Part shown: piece by piece, positions 47,726-58,326 of the stretch
Position numbering within the stretch: position 1 is the stretch's first letter
Layout: each line of letters begins with the position of its first letter
DNA from: an uncultured Chloroflexia bacterium
Lineage (GTDB): Bacteria > Chloroflexota > UBA6077 > JACCZL01
Assembly (NCBI GenBank): GCA_963765765.1
Contig: CAVXYC010000001.1
Span: 64,001 to 128,000 of the forward strand
DNA: 64,000 nt
Direction of reading: 5' to 3'
Notes under the pieces: model-generated
Told to the model about the DNA's origin: nothing
The model's database searches: none
Seen by the model: the letters and a program-made list of their open reading frames with translations, nothing else
Program-made: the position numbers and the translations under genes

Positions 47726-50660
47726 ATGCCTCAGCTCAAGTTGTCCCTCCTTGGCCCGCCCCGAGTGGAATGGGATGGCCGGGAGGTGGTCATCTCTCTT
47801 CGTCGGGGATTAGCGCTGCTTGCCTACCTGGCGCTGTCCGATCGAGCCCACCGACGAGACGAGCTGTGCGCCCTGCTCTGGCCGGACATCGATGAGCGCA
47901 CGGCACGCAGTCGCCTCCGACACACGCTGCATCTAATGAATGAGCTCTTCGGGCACCCCCAGTTCGACGCCGACGGGGACGCCGTTCGACTCTCCCGCGA
48001 CATCGACGTGTGGTTGGACACGCGCGAGCTAGAGCGCTCTTTGGCGGTCAGTCGACGTGAGCTCGCACAGGCTCATGACGTGAGGAATATAGCCGCGCTG
48101 TACAGAGGTGATCTGCTGAGCGGGTTCACCATTCCAGATAGTCCAGCTTGGGATGATTGGCAGTTCCTGGAGCGTGAGCGGCTGCGCCAGCTCGCTGGCC
48201 AGTTATTCCACGCGTTGGCTGACGATGAGCTGGTAGCGGGTTACTGGGACCTCGGTCTCGGTCACGCTCGGCAGTGGCTGGCGCTCGACCAGATGCATGA
48301 ACCGGCGCATCGGCTGCTGATGAAACTGTACGCGGTCAGCGGCCAGCAAGCAGCCGCACTCCGTCAGTACGAGCAGTGTGCCCGGACGTTAAAGAGCGAG
48401 CTGGATGTGGAGCCGGAGCCGGAAACAGTGGAGCTGTACGAGCAGATTCGCGCCAAGCGATTCGCCGCCGAGCCGAAGGACAGCCCTGTCGAATACCGGA
48501 TCGATGCTGACGATCAGGCTCGACCAGCGGATCTGGCCGGAGAGAAATCTCCCGCCGTTTTGACCGGCACTCGACCGCATAACCTGCCGGTCGGGCTCGC
48601 ACGCTACATCGGCCGTCAGTCCGAGCACGATAGCGTCATGGAGCTGCTGGGGGGCACGACGCTGCTGACGCTGACCGGTCCGGGCGGAATTGGGAAAACG
48701 AGATTTGCCATTGAGCTGGCGAGCGAGGTGGCGGAGTCAGCCCACCGCGAAGTGCACTTCGTGGAGCTGGCCTCATTGACCGATCCCGCGCGCGTACCGG
48801 CGACAGTTGGTGCCGTGCTCGGTATCGCGGACGCCGCGGCGAGGCCCACGGTGGACACCCTCGTTCGAGCGCTTCGAGGCCGTCAGCCACTCATCGTTCT
48901 CGATAACTGTGAGCACGTCATCGAAGGATGCTCGTCGCTTGTCGATACCTTGTTACGTGGGTGCCAGGGAGTGTCGGTTCTGGCTACCAGCCGCGAGCCA
49001 CTGGGGCTCTCATGGGAGACGTTGTGGCCAGTTTCACCACTGGGAATCCCAGCCAATGCCGAAGCTGCCGAAGTGGAAGCGATCGCGGCCGCGGAATCTG
49101 TGCAGCTCCTTGTGGACCGCGCGCGCATGCTCCGACCTTCGTTCATACTGGGCGATGCCAATGCAGTTGACGTAGCCGAGATCTGCCGTCGGTTGGATGG
49201 AATTCCTCTGGCGATTGAGCTGGCCGCGGTGCGGCTCCGGGTGCTTAGTCCGAGGCAAGTCCTGGAGCGACTGGATGACCGATTCCATCTGTTAACAGGT
49301 GGCTCGCGCGCGGTGCACGCTCGTCAACAGACGCTTGAAGCCACTATCGACTGGAGCCACCATCTCCTGACAGAGCCGGAACAAGTGCTCTTCCGTCGAT
49401 TAGCTGTCTTTGGCGGGGGGTGGACGCTGGAAGCTGTAGAGGACGTTTGCGCGAGCTCCATGCTAGACGGGAGCGACGTGCTAGACCTCCTGGCGTCGCT
49501 GGTGGATAAGTCGCTCGTCGCCGTAGATGTTAGGACGGCCACTCCACGCTACCGATTCCTGGATACGATTCGCGCGTTCGCCCTGAACCGCTTGAAGTTG
49601 TCCGATGACGAAGCCGAGGTGCGCGAACGTCACCAGGCCTGGTATTTCGGGCTGTTGCGAGAGGCTGCGTACCCGCTGTGGGGTCCAGACCAGGTATCGT
49701 GGATGAGCCGATTGGACGAGGAGATTGACAACGTGCGCACCGCGCTGGACTGGTGCGATGCGTCGCCGGGCAGCGTCAGCGAGGCACTCGAGCAGTGCAG
49801 CTTCTCGCTCTATCGCTATTGGGACGTGCGCGGGATGGCCAGCGAAGCACGGAGCCGTTTCAGTGCGCTGCTAGCATTGGCGCCGGACGAAGCCATCGCC
49901 TGGAGGAATCGCGCAGTCCCAAGCCTTCCTGGCACACTTCTACATGCTCGGGGGCGCGGCGCACGAAGCGCATGATCGCGCCATCGAGGCCATATCCAAA
50001 GCGCGCGATAGCGATGATCCCTGGTCGTTGATTCACACGCTCCTGGTGACCACTATCATCCATGGGCTGCTCCACGATTTCGAGCTGGTACCGTCGCTTT
50101 GTCGCGAGGGTCTCGCGCTTGCACGGGTCATTGGCCATCCTTTTGGTACGGCGCCCTGGAATTATTGGCTGGGCGAAGTGGCGTGCATTGAGGGTCGTCT
50201 GGACGAGGGCGAACGGCTCCTTGATGACTGCCACCAGGCCGTTGCATCGATCGGAGATACCCGCGAGCTGAGCACTGTCACGTTCGTCCAGGGCCATGCC
50301 GCCTTGCTGCGGGGAGACTTGCCCCGCGCCCAACGCCTCATTCAAGAGACGCTGACCGAGCGCTTCGAGTCGCGTGACGCGCAGGTAGTGCCGCATTGCC
50401 TGGACGCCGTGGGTTGGGTTGCCAGTGCCCGGGGCGAATCCGAGCGCGCGGCGCGCCTCCTGGGCGCCGCGCAGGCGGCGGCGGAGTCGGCTGGAGTAAC
50501 GTTGCTGCCAATCTGGCAAGAAGATCGCGATCGAGCGAGCTCTGAAGCGCGGAGGAACATGGGCGACGGACGATTCGAGGAGCTGGTTGAGGAAGGGCGA
50601 GCATTGACCCTGAATCAGGCCGTCACGCTCGCTCTTGAATCAGCCGATGTCTCATTCTGA
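47726..50660 (+). CDS. AfsR/SARP-family regulator: wHTH + BTAD + NB-ARC-like ATPase + TPR (frameshift near 49900)
   Basis: ALLAYLA, EPAHRLLM, GPGGIGKT Walker A, LDNCEH, TSREPL, LDGIPLAIELAA; TPR tail ERAARLLGAA. Confidence 0.9.
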
Positions 50661-50745
50661 GCCGAGCCCCGTAAGCATGCGGCCCTGATCCGCATGCCGC
50701 GGATTGCCTATGATCCGGGGCGACCCTGCCCAGAGGAATTTCAGT

Positions 50746-51264
50746 ATGACGGCGAGCACGGTGGACCCTCGCAGCCAGGCGATCATCGACGGCATCGAGG
50801 CGATAGACCCGCGATTCGTCCTGCATCTGCCCAGCAGCACGCTCAAGCACATCATCAATCACGTACTGCAGCGTCCCAACACCCAGGCATTTCCAATTCC
50901 CATCGAGCAGGAAGGGATCGGCATTCTGTCCGGACTCGCCCTGGCCGGCGCTCGGCCCATCATGATCATTCAGGACAACGGCGTGGGCAACCTGCTCACC
51001 GCGCTGACGACGTTTCCGCAGGCCTATCACATCCCTCAGCTCATTATCGTTTCGCTCCGCGGGGGGCTGGGCGAATACAACTCCATGATCCATCACTTCT
51101 GCGAGCACGTGGAAGACATCCTCGACGCCGCGCAGATTCGCTACTTCAAGCTGGATGGCACGGTACCGCTCGATCAGTGGTCAGGCACGGTGAGCCGAGC
51201 GTACGACTACAGCGAGACCACCCATCGGCCGGTCATGGTGCTCTGCAATCTGATGGGGGGCTGA
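50746..51264 (+). CDS. Sulfopyruvate/phosphonopyruvate decarboxylase alpha-subunit-like protein (ComD-like)
   Basis: LPSSTL, EQEGIGILSGLALAGARP, QDNGVGN, SLRG..GE. Confidence 0.8.
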   Translation: MTASTVDPRSQAIIDGIEAIDPRFVLHLPSSTLKHIINHVLQRPNTQAFPIPIEQEGIGILSGLALAGARPIMIIQDNGVGNLLTALTTFPQAYHIPQLIIVSLRGGLGEYNSMIHHFCEHVEDILDAAQIRYFKLDGTVPLDQWSGTVSRAYDYSETTHRPVMVLCNLMGG

Positions 51265-51265
51265 C

Positions 51266-51862
51266 GTGAGTAATCTGACTCGCATCGATGCGCTCCACGC
51301 TATCGATACGGCGTTCCCCAACGACCCGATGGTACTCACTCTCGGAACAACTGTTCGCGAGATGCTTCTGGTGACCGGCGAGAAGCCCAATCACCTGCCA
51401 GTGCTCGACTCCATGGGGCTACCCGCGGCAATTGGCCTCGGTCTTGCTCTAGGGCTGGAGCACTCGAAGTTCGAGAAGCTGGTAGTGGTCGAGGGCGACG
51501 GCAGCCTGCTCATGGGCTTCACCACCATGGCGACGATAGGCCGACTGAAGCCGTCCAAGCTGCTCCTTATCGTGCTGGACAACGGCGTCTATGCGGCCAC
51601 CGGCGGGCAATCATCGGGCTCCGACTCAACTGACCTTGTAGGTGTGGCTCGCGCATGCGGTTTCGAAGGACAAGAGGTGGAGACACTCGAGGACCTCACC
51701 CGGGCCTTGGAATCGGCGAGGTCCGTCGCCGGCCCGCTATTGCTGCGAGTCCGGATAGGGCCTCAGAACCAAACCGCCGGCTTCTACCTGCCTGATCCAG
51801 CAGTACTAACGGATCGATTCACCAGCGTACCTGCGCGAGAACGGTTGAGAGAACGCCGCTAG
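51266..51862 (+). CDS. Sulfopyruvate/phosphonopyruvate decarboxylase beta-subunit-like protein (ComE-like, TPP-binding)
   Basis: SMGLPAAIGLGLAL, GDGSLLM, LDNGVYAATGGQ; the C-terminus may be frameshifted. Confidence 0.8.
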   Translation: MSNLTRIDALHAIDTAFPNDPMVLTLGTTVREMLLVTGEKPNHLPVLDSMGLPAAIGLGLALGLEHSKFEKLVVVEGDGSLLMGFTTMATIGRLKPSKLLLIVLDNGVYAATGGQSSGSDSTDLVGVARACGFEGQEVETLEDLTRALESARSVAGPLLLRVRIGPQNQTAGFYLPDPAVLTDRFTSVPARERLRERR

Positions 51863-51995
51863 CCAGTGGTCGTAGTGGCGTCCCTTGACGGGCGCCACCT
51901 GACATCCAAAACTACGATTGCAACGTGGAAATCAAGGTGGCACCGGTAAGGGATGCCACTACTAGACCTGCAGATGTCGGCGCTGACCTTTTCGG

Positions 51996-52419
51996 TTAGC
52001 GCGCCGCGGCAATCCCTTCTGCCTGAAGCTGCTTCATCAGCCCCAGCATGTCCCATTGCGACCACTTCCTCCTGGATTTGACCATTGTGGAAGTGGGTCA
52101 AGGTGATGCCTGTGATTTGAGCAGGACGTCCCTGAGGTTCAATGCCGCGGAAGGGCACGCCCTTATGTGTTCCGTACGCGTGCCAGCGCACGGCCACGCG
52201 ATCGCCCTCGGAAATCAGGTCCTCGATGGTGATGAAGAGATCGGGGAACGCAGCACGTACCTGCTCAACGGTTTCCCGAATTCCGTCCCGCCCCCGAATG
52301 GGCGTGGGCGCATGACGGAGATAGTCTGGTGCGACGAGGTCATCGGCCGCCCAGTACTCCGCCTTGTTCCACACATGGTCGTAGAAGCGTCGAATCAGCG
52401 CTTTGTTGGCCTCAGACAT
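51996..52419 (-). CDS. SnoaL-like ester cyclase family protein (frameshift near 52066)
   Basis: NKALIRRFY, AAFPD, EGDRVAVRW, GTHKG; shifted frame WSQWDMLGLMKQL..R* to TAA at 51996. Confidence 0.85.
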
Positions 52420-52666
52420 GGAAGCCTCCTTCGGCCGCCTGGCATGCCGCTATCTCATTGTAGTCACGAATCGCACGGAATTAAGCGAAATTTGTAGGGC
52501 ACATGAACTCCACCTGCGCAAAGCTCACTGCGCTTCCAGGCAGGGTTTCCAAGTATCAGAGCACCGATGGTTTCAGAATGTCCATCGGCATGGAGCTTGC
52601 ACTCTCGGACACACGCCCGACAGCCGGGAACGCCGCGGGGCGTGCTAGCAACGGAGCTTGCCCGTC

Positions 52667-54262
52667 ATGCAACTTTCTCAGCTTGTTCAGACTATCGAGA
52701 CCGTTCGGACGGTCGGCCCGTTGGAGCGTCCCGCTCGTGATGTGGTGTACGACAGCCGGCGGGTCCAGCGGAATGATGTCTTCGTCACAATAGCTGGAAA
52801 ACGGTACGACGGTGCCGCGTACGTGGGCGAGGCCGCGCGTCGCGGAGCCACGGCGATTGTGACGGAGAGGAGTGACATCGAGCCTCCGCCCGGCCTGACC
52901 CTCTTGCAGGTTCAAGATACGCGTCGAGCGTTGGCACTTCTATCTGCCGAGCGCTGGGGTCAGCCCAGCCGTCGGTTGGGCATCGTAGGCGTCACGGGTA
53001 CGGATGGCAAGACGACGACCTCCACCCTTACCGCAGAGATCTTAGACGCCGCGGGCGACCGGGCCGGTCTATGGAGCACAGTTGAAATTCGGGGCAGAAA
53101 GCGGAGACTCAATCCGGATCATCGCACGACGCCGGAGGCGCCTGAGCTTCAGGCACACCTGGCCGATGTAGTGAGCGCTGGCTACGGTTGGGCGGTGATC
53201 GAGATGAGCTCGCATGGTCTGGCGCAGGAGCGGGCGGACGGTTGCGAGATCGACGTTGCGGTGAGCACGAACGTCAGTCCAGAGCATCTTGACTTTCACG
53301 GTACGCTCGAAGCGTATCGGGCGGCCAAGGCTCGGCTCTTCGAGCTCGTGGCGCCCGGTGTTGGCCCATTCGGGCGCCGATTTGGCGTAGTCAACGCGGA
53401 TGATCCGAGTGCTGAGTACTTCGCACGAGCCTGCTCCGCTGACGTTCTGACGTATGGCATCGAACAACGAGCCGATGTTTGCGCCCGAGATATCCGTACG
53501 GGGCTGAGCGAGACATCGTTCTGGATCGAAAGCCCGATTGGCTCACATCGCATGACAACCACTCTGGTCGGGCGGTTTAACATCTATAACTGGCTAGCGG
53601 CGGTCACCGTGGCAATCGGCCGGGGGTATGGCTGGGACGTGATAGATCGCGCCGCCCGTTTGGCCACGCCAGTTCCGGGGAGGGTCCAACAGGTTCAAGC
53701 CGGCCAGGACTTCACCGTGCTGGTGGACTTCGCTCACACGCCGCGTGCGCTGGCCGCGGTGCTCAGCGATTGTCGTCGCTGGACAAATGGTCGCGTTATC
53801 GTTGTTTTTGGGCACCCCGGCGAGCGCTACCAAGAAAATCGGTCGAAACTCGGTGAAGCAGCGATACGTGGCGCCGATCTGGCAATCGTCACGAGTGATG
53901 ACTCCTACGGGGAAGAGCCTGAGGGCATCATCCGAGACATTGTTGCTGGTGCCTGCGCGGATGGCGCGATCGACGGGAACGATTTCCTCGTAATTCCGGA
54001 CCGTTACCGTGCCATCCGGAGAGCTGTCTACTCCGCCAACAGGGGAGACCTTGTACTGATTGCGGGGCGCGGCAATTTGAGCTACCAGGAGGCTGGTGCG
54101 ATTCGCCGGCCGTTTGATGACGTGTCCGTCGCCCACGGACTGGTGAGCGAGCGCCTACTGGCATCGCGCCGATTCTCACCCTTGACTCCCGAGGAAGGGA
54201 CGCTAAGTTCGAAGCAGTCAGGATCGTGCCAGAGCCCCTCGGCAGCAAACGCCTCGCGTTGA
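52667..54262 (+). CDS. murE: MurE-like UDP-MurNAc-tripeptide synthetase
   Basis: DSRRV, GVTGTDGKTTT, TTPEA, EMSSHG, EHLDFH, DFAHTP; specificity motif reads DDSY. Confidence 0.85.
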   Translation: MQLSQLVQTIETVRTVGPLERPARDVVYDSRRVQRNDVFVTIAGKRYDGAAYVGEAARRGATAIVTERSDIEPPPGLTLLQVQDTRRALALLSAERWGQPSRRLGIVGVTGTDGKTTTSTLTAEILDAAGDRAGLWSTVEIRGRKRRLNPDHRTTPEAPELQAHLADVVSAGYGWAVIEMSSHGLAQERADGCEIDVAVSTNVSPEHLDFHGTLEAYRAAKARLFELVAPGVGPFGRRFGVVNADDPSAEYFARACSADVLTYGIEQRADVCARDIRTGLSETSFWIESPIGSHRMTTTLVGRFNIYNWLAAVTVAIGRGYGWDVIDRAARLATPVPGRVQQVQAGQDFTVLVDFAHTPRALAAVLSDCRRWTNGRVIVVFGHPGERYQENRSKLGEAAIRGADLAIVTSDDSYGEEPEGIIRDIVAGACADGAIDGNDFLVIPDRYRAIRRAVYSANRGDLVLIAGRGNLSYQEAGAIRRPFDDVSVAHGLVSERLLASRRFSPLTPEEGTLSSKQSGSCQSPSAANASR

Positions 54263-54807
54263 ATCACGATGTTGACCAGCCCAGACGTTGCTGTGGAGGA
54301 TTGCAGGCCGCCACGGCGTCCTGGCACGTCCACGAGCTCAATAATTCCTGGGCCAGTGTGAATGCCTGAAGCGGCGTACTCAGCGGCGCGTGGGTGCGCG
54401 CATTGAGTGCCCGCGGCATTGAAGGCCTCACGCTGAAGTCCGGTCCAGTAACCACCTTCTACATATGTACAGAGGGTGGGCTCAATGGCAGGATCACTGG
54501 CACTGCGCTCCTGTGCCCACTGGAGCCCGCTCGTGACTTGCTGAAGGTCAGATGACGTACGAGCATGCGCGTCGGCCTTGAGCCATTGCACTTCGACAGC
54601 CGATGGCGCGCCGTTTGTCCGCGTGATGAGCGTGGCCAGGACCGTGTGGGCACGAAAGGCAACACCGTCGCGCTTGACGAAGGCGGTCACTGTTGAGGGC
54701 GCCTGGATGCCGATACGATGCTGGACCTCGGTCATATCGATGGGGCGCGCACGAACGCGATTCCATGCGCCCTGAGCCAGCACACTGGCCAGAATGCCGC
54801 CCATCAT
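54082..54807 (-). CDS. Hypothetical membrane-anchored protein (start uncertain)
   Basis: Long ORF with a hydrophobic N-terminus; 3' end overlaps murE by about 180 nt. Confidence 0.45.
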   Translation of the reverse strand: MMGGILASVLAQGAWNRVRARPIDMTEVQHRIGIQAPSTVTAFVKRDGVAFRAHTVLATLITRTNGAPSAVEVQWLKADAHARTSSDLQQVTSGLQWAQERSASDPAIEPTLCTYVEGGYWTGLQREAFNAAGTQCAHPRAAEYAASGIHTGPGIIELVDVPGRRGGLQSSTATSGLVNIVIQREAFAAEGLWHDPDCFELSVPSSGVKGENRRDASRRSLTSPWATDTSSNGRRIAPASW

Positions 54808-55098
54808 GAGAGTGAGCAGGCCACCAATAACAACTCAGCGCCCCACAGGCATACCTTTAGCATCGACGATCGGCACAATCATGTCGCGGATTCTCAGACG
54901 GATGATTGCGCGTAGCTTGCGGTATCCTTAACTGGATCAGACTCTGTTCGGTTGCGTTGGGCATTATTCTGCGCGCGACTGGAGGCGTCGTACCGGCATC
55001 GATTAAGAGCCGCGAGCGCAAGACTCTGAATCACCGGGGCCTTCGTCTTGAGCAGGGGAGGTCCTTATTTGACCCTTTCGTCGAAGGAGAAAACACTG

Positions 55099-57536
55099 AT
55101 GCCGGAACGGTACGAGCCCACCGCGATCGAGCCAAAATGGCAGGCTCGCTGGGAGGCCGACCGGCTCTACGAAGCCCAGCCTGACCCCGAGCGCGAGAAG
55201 TACTACGCGCTGGTCATGTTTCCGTACACCTCGGGTGACCTGCACATCGGTCACTGGTACAACTTCGCCCTCGCGGACGCGCATGCCCGCTATAAGCGCA
55301 TGCGAGGCTTCAACGTGTTCATGCCCTTTGGCTTCGATGCATTTGGTCTACCGGCGGAGAACGCCGCGATCAAGTCGGGCATCCATCCGCATGAATGGAC
55401 CATTTCTAACATCCGACGTATGGAGGAGCAGGCGCGCCAGATCGGCGGCATGTATGACTGGTCCACCGAGCTCGCCACCTGCTTGCCCGACTACTACAAG
55501 TGGAATCAGTGGTTTTTCCTGCAGTTCTACAAACGCGGACTGGCGTACAGGCAAAAGGCGCCAGTCAACTGGTGCCCGTCCTGCAACACGGTTCTGGCGA
55601 ATGAACAGGTGGTCGATGGCCGCTGTGAGCGTTGCGAGACGCCCGTGGTTCGGCGCGACCTGGAGCAGTGGTTCTTCAAAATCACTCAATACGCCGATGA
55701 GCTGCTGAAGGACCTGGATACCATCGATTGGCCCGAGCGGGTCAAGACGATGCAGGAGCACTGGATCGGTCGCTCTGAGGGGGTGGAGTTCTCGCTGGAG
55801 GTAGCCGACGATCCCGATGAGAAGATCGACGTCTTCACCACCCGCGTGGACACGGTCTTCGGCATGACCTACGTGGTGCTGGCGCCCGAGCACCCGCTGG
55901 TGGACAAGCTGACCGCGCCCGATCGGCGCGAGGCCGTGAAAGCGTACCAGGACCAGGCGCGCCGCCAGTCTGAGATCGAGCGGCAGTCCACAGAGCGCGA
56001 GAAGACCGGCGTGGAGATCGGCGCTTACGCCATCAATCCAGCCAACGGCGAGCGCGTGTCCATCTGGATCGCCGACTACGTCCTGGTGACCTACGGCACG
56101 GGCGCGATCATGGCGGTACCGGCCAGTGACGAGCGCGACTTTGAGTTCGCGAAGCAGTTCAACCTGCCAATTCGCCCGGTCGTGGTCCCCGACGGTTGGG
56201 ACGGCCAGGAACTGTCCGAGCCGTACACGGCGCCCGGAACGATGGTCAACTCCGGCCAGTTCGACGGGATGCCGTCCACCGAGGGAAAGGTCAAGATCGC
56301 CGAGTGGTTCGAGCAGCGCGGCATCGGCCGCCGCACCACCAACTACCGCATCCGCGATTGGCTGATCTCGCGACAGCGCTACTGGGGCACGCCAATTCCC
56401 ATGGTCTATTGCGAGAAAGACGGCATCCAGCCGGTGCCCGAGGACCAACTCCCGGTCGTGCTGCCCGAAGACGCTGAGTTTCGTCCGACTGGTGAGTCCC
56501 CACTGACGCTACACGAGGGATTTGTCAGTACGACATGTCCCGTGTGTGGTGGACCGGCGAAGCGTGAGACCGACACGATGGACACTTTCGTGGACTCGTC
56601 GTGGTACTTCTTGCGCTACGTTTCGCCCAATCTTGACAAGCCGCCGGGGTTCGACGAGGAGAAGGCCCGATACTGGCTGCCCGTCGATCAGTACATGGGT
56701 GGTGTCGAGCATGCTGTCATGCATCTGCTGTACTCGCGGTTCTTCATCAAAGTACTGGCGGACATGGGGCTGATCGATTTCCGCGAGCCGTTCACGCGTC
56801 TCTACAACCAGGGCATCATCCTGGGACCTGACGGCTTGCGCATGAGCAAGAGCCGCGGCAATGTGATCAACCCGGATGAGTACGTGCAAACCAAGGGCGC
56901 GGACACGGTGCGCACGTACCTGATGTTCATCGGACCCTGGGACGCCGGCGGGCCCTGGAACCCGCAAGGCATCGGCGGTGTGGAGAAGTTTCTGGGCCGC
57001 GTCTGGCAGCTGGCAAGAGACAACGTCACAATACACTCAGGCGTGCAAGACGCGGCATTGCTCCGCGCGCTGCACCAGACGATTCGCGACGTGACGGACG
57101 ACTTCGAGAAATTCCGCTACAACACGATGCTGTCCAAGCTCATGACGCTGTCCAATACTATGAGCAAGCTGCGCGACCAAGTCTCCGCGGACGCCTGGAA
57201 TGAGACCGTGGACGGTCTGCTGCTCATGCTGGCGCCCAGTGCCCCGCACCTGACCGAGGAGTTGTGGTCATTACGCGGGCGGCCCTACAGCATCCACCAG
57301 CAGCCGTTCCCAACCTGGGACTCGGAGCTGGCGAAGGAAGACAGCATCACGCTGCCCGTGCAGATCAACGGCAAGGTCCGCGACACGATTCAGGTCCCCG
57401 CCGAGATTGCCAGAGACGAGGCACAGGTAAAGTCGCTGGTTCTGGAGCTTCCGAAGATCAAGGCCCAGCTCGACGGCAAGGAGATCGAGAAGTTCGTGTT
57501 CGTCCGGGGCGGCTGGTGGGGTTGGTGCTGCGCTAA
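55099..57536 (+). CDS. leuS: Leucine--tRNA ligase (one-base frameshift near 57504)
   Basis: HIGH motif (LHIGH), GTGAIMAVP editing domain, SRQRYWG, RMSKS; corrected end FVPGRLVGLVLR*. Confidence 0.97.
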
Positions 57537-57667
57537 GAGTCGGCTTTACTTCCTGATTTGCAATAGGCGGAACCAGAAGCCGTCCCCAGAGCTTGACTCC
57601 GCACGCTCCTCGAAACAAGTGCGAACCTGGTACGTCTTCCGCTATTACCGGCACGTCCGAGTTGCCC

Positions 57668-58138
57668 TTACGAGCACACTCGAATGGAGTAAATCGTTAC
57701 GTAGCCCTCTAAAGCGGATCGACCGTAAATCTCTACAAGCGCTGCCTGAAGATCCGCGAGCGAAATAAACCCATCACGTCGCGCATCTGATTCCGATAGG
57801 CAAGAAAACGGCTTGACGATCATTCGGTCCACGTACACGGTGCCGACGTCATTGCCCTGCTCGGAGTTGAGTTCGTCAACTGACGTGAGATCCAGAAGTC
57901 GCTTCGCCGGATACTCGATGGCACCTCTCTTTACCCTGATGGTCGTGCATTTTCTACCCCTAAGCAACCAATCATAGTATCGAGCCTGAAGCCTAAAGCT
58001 ATCACGAGATACCAGTCTTGCTCGAGGGAAATTATCCTTTAGAGCACGAGAGATCTCCGAAACTGGGATGTTATCCAACTCGATAACCATATCGATGCCG
58101 CTATGCTCCGCTCTAATCTTGTTTGCCGCGGAATCCAT
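57668..58138 (-). CDS. ASCH domain protein
   Basis: YYDWLLRGRKCTTIR and LSESDARRDGF..L...L.EIY ASCH/PUA motifs; AT-richer than flanks. Confidence 0.8.
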   Translation of the reverse strand: MDSAANKIRAEHSGIDMVIELDNIPVSEISRALKDNFPRARLVSRDSFRLQARYYDWLLRGRKCTTIRVKRGAIEYPAKRLLDLTSVDELNSEQGNDVGTVYVDRMIVKPFSCLSESDARRDGFISLADLQAALVEIYGRSALEGYVTIYSIRVCS

Positions 58139-58326
58139 CCTTCTGGCTCCAGATGAGTTATGTTTCGGCGAACTACGGCAAGGTTTCCAAGGATTAAAGC
58201 ATCAAGTTGTGTTTCATCCAATATTGCCAATGCATCCGACGGTGACTCCGCTATTGGTTCACTCTCTCTATTCAAAGAGGTATTAAGTAGAATTGGAATA
58301 CCCGCAATATTCCTGAAGCGCAGTAG
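58039..58326 (-). pseudogene. C-terminal fragment of a NodU/CmcH-type carbamoyltransferase
   Basis: RFRNIAGIPILLNTSLNRESEPIAESPSDAL..LDALILG matches the family's C-terminal LNTSFN..EPI..P.DA motif. Confidence 0.8.

Noticed and set aside
54890-55098. T-box leader upstream of leuS
   Set aside because: No GGTGGNACCGCG T-box sequence or terminator/antiterminator visible
55348-56448. Long antisense ORFs (e.g. 366 aa opposite leuS, 269 aa opposite SBP56)
   Set aside because: Typical stop-poor reverse frames of high-GC coding sequence, with no motifs
57537-57768. C-terminal extension of LeuS (906-aa ORF)
   Set aside because: Artefact of a one-base deletion near 57504; the corrected frame ends at 57536, and the extension overlaps the ASCH gene
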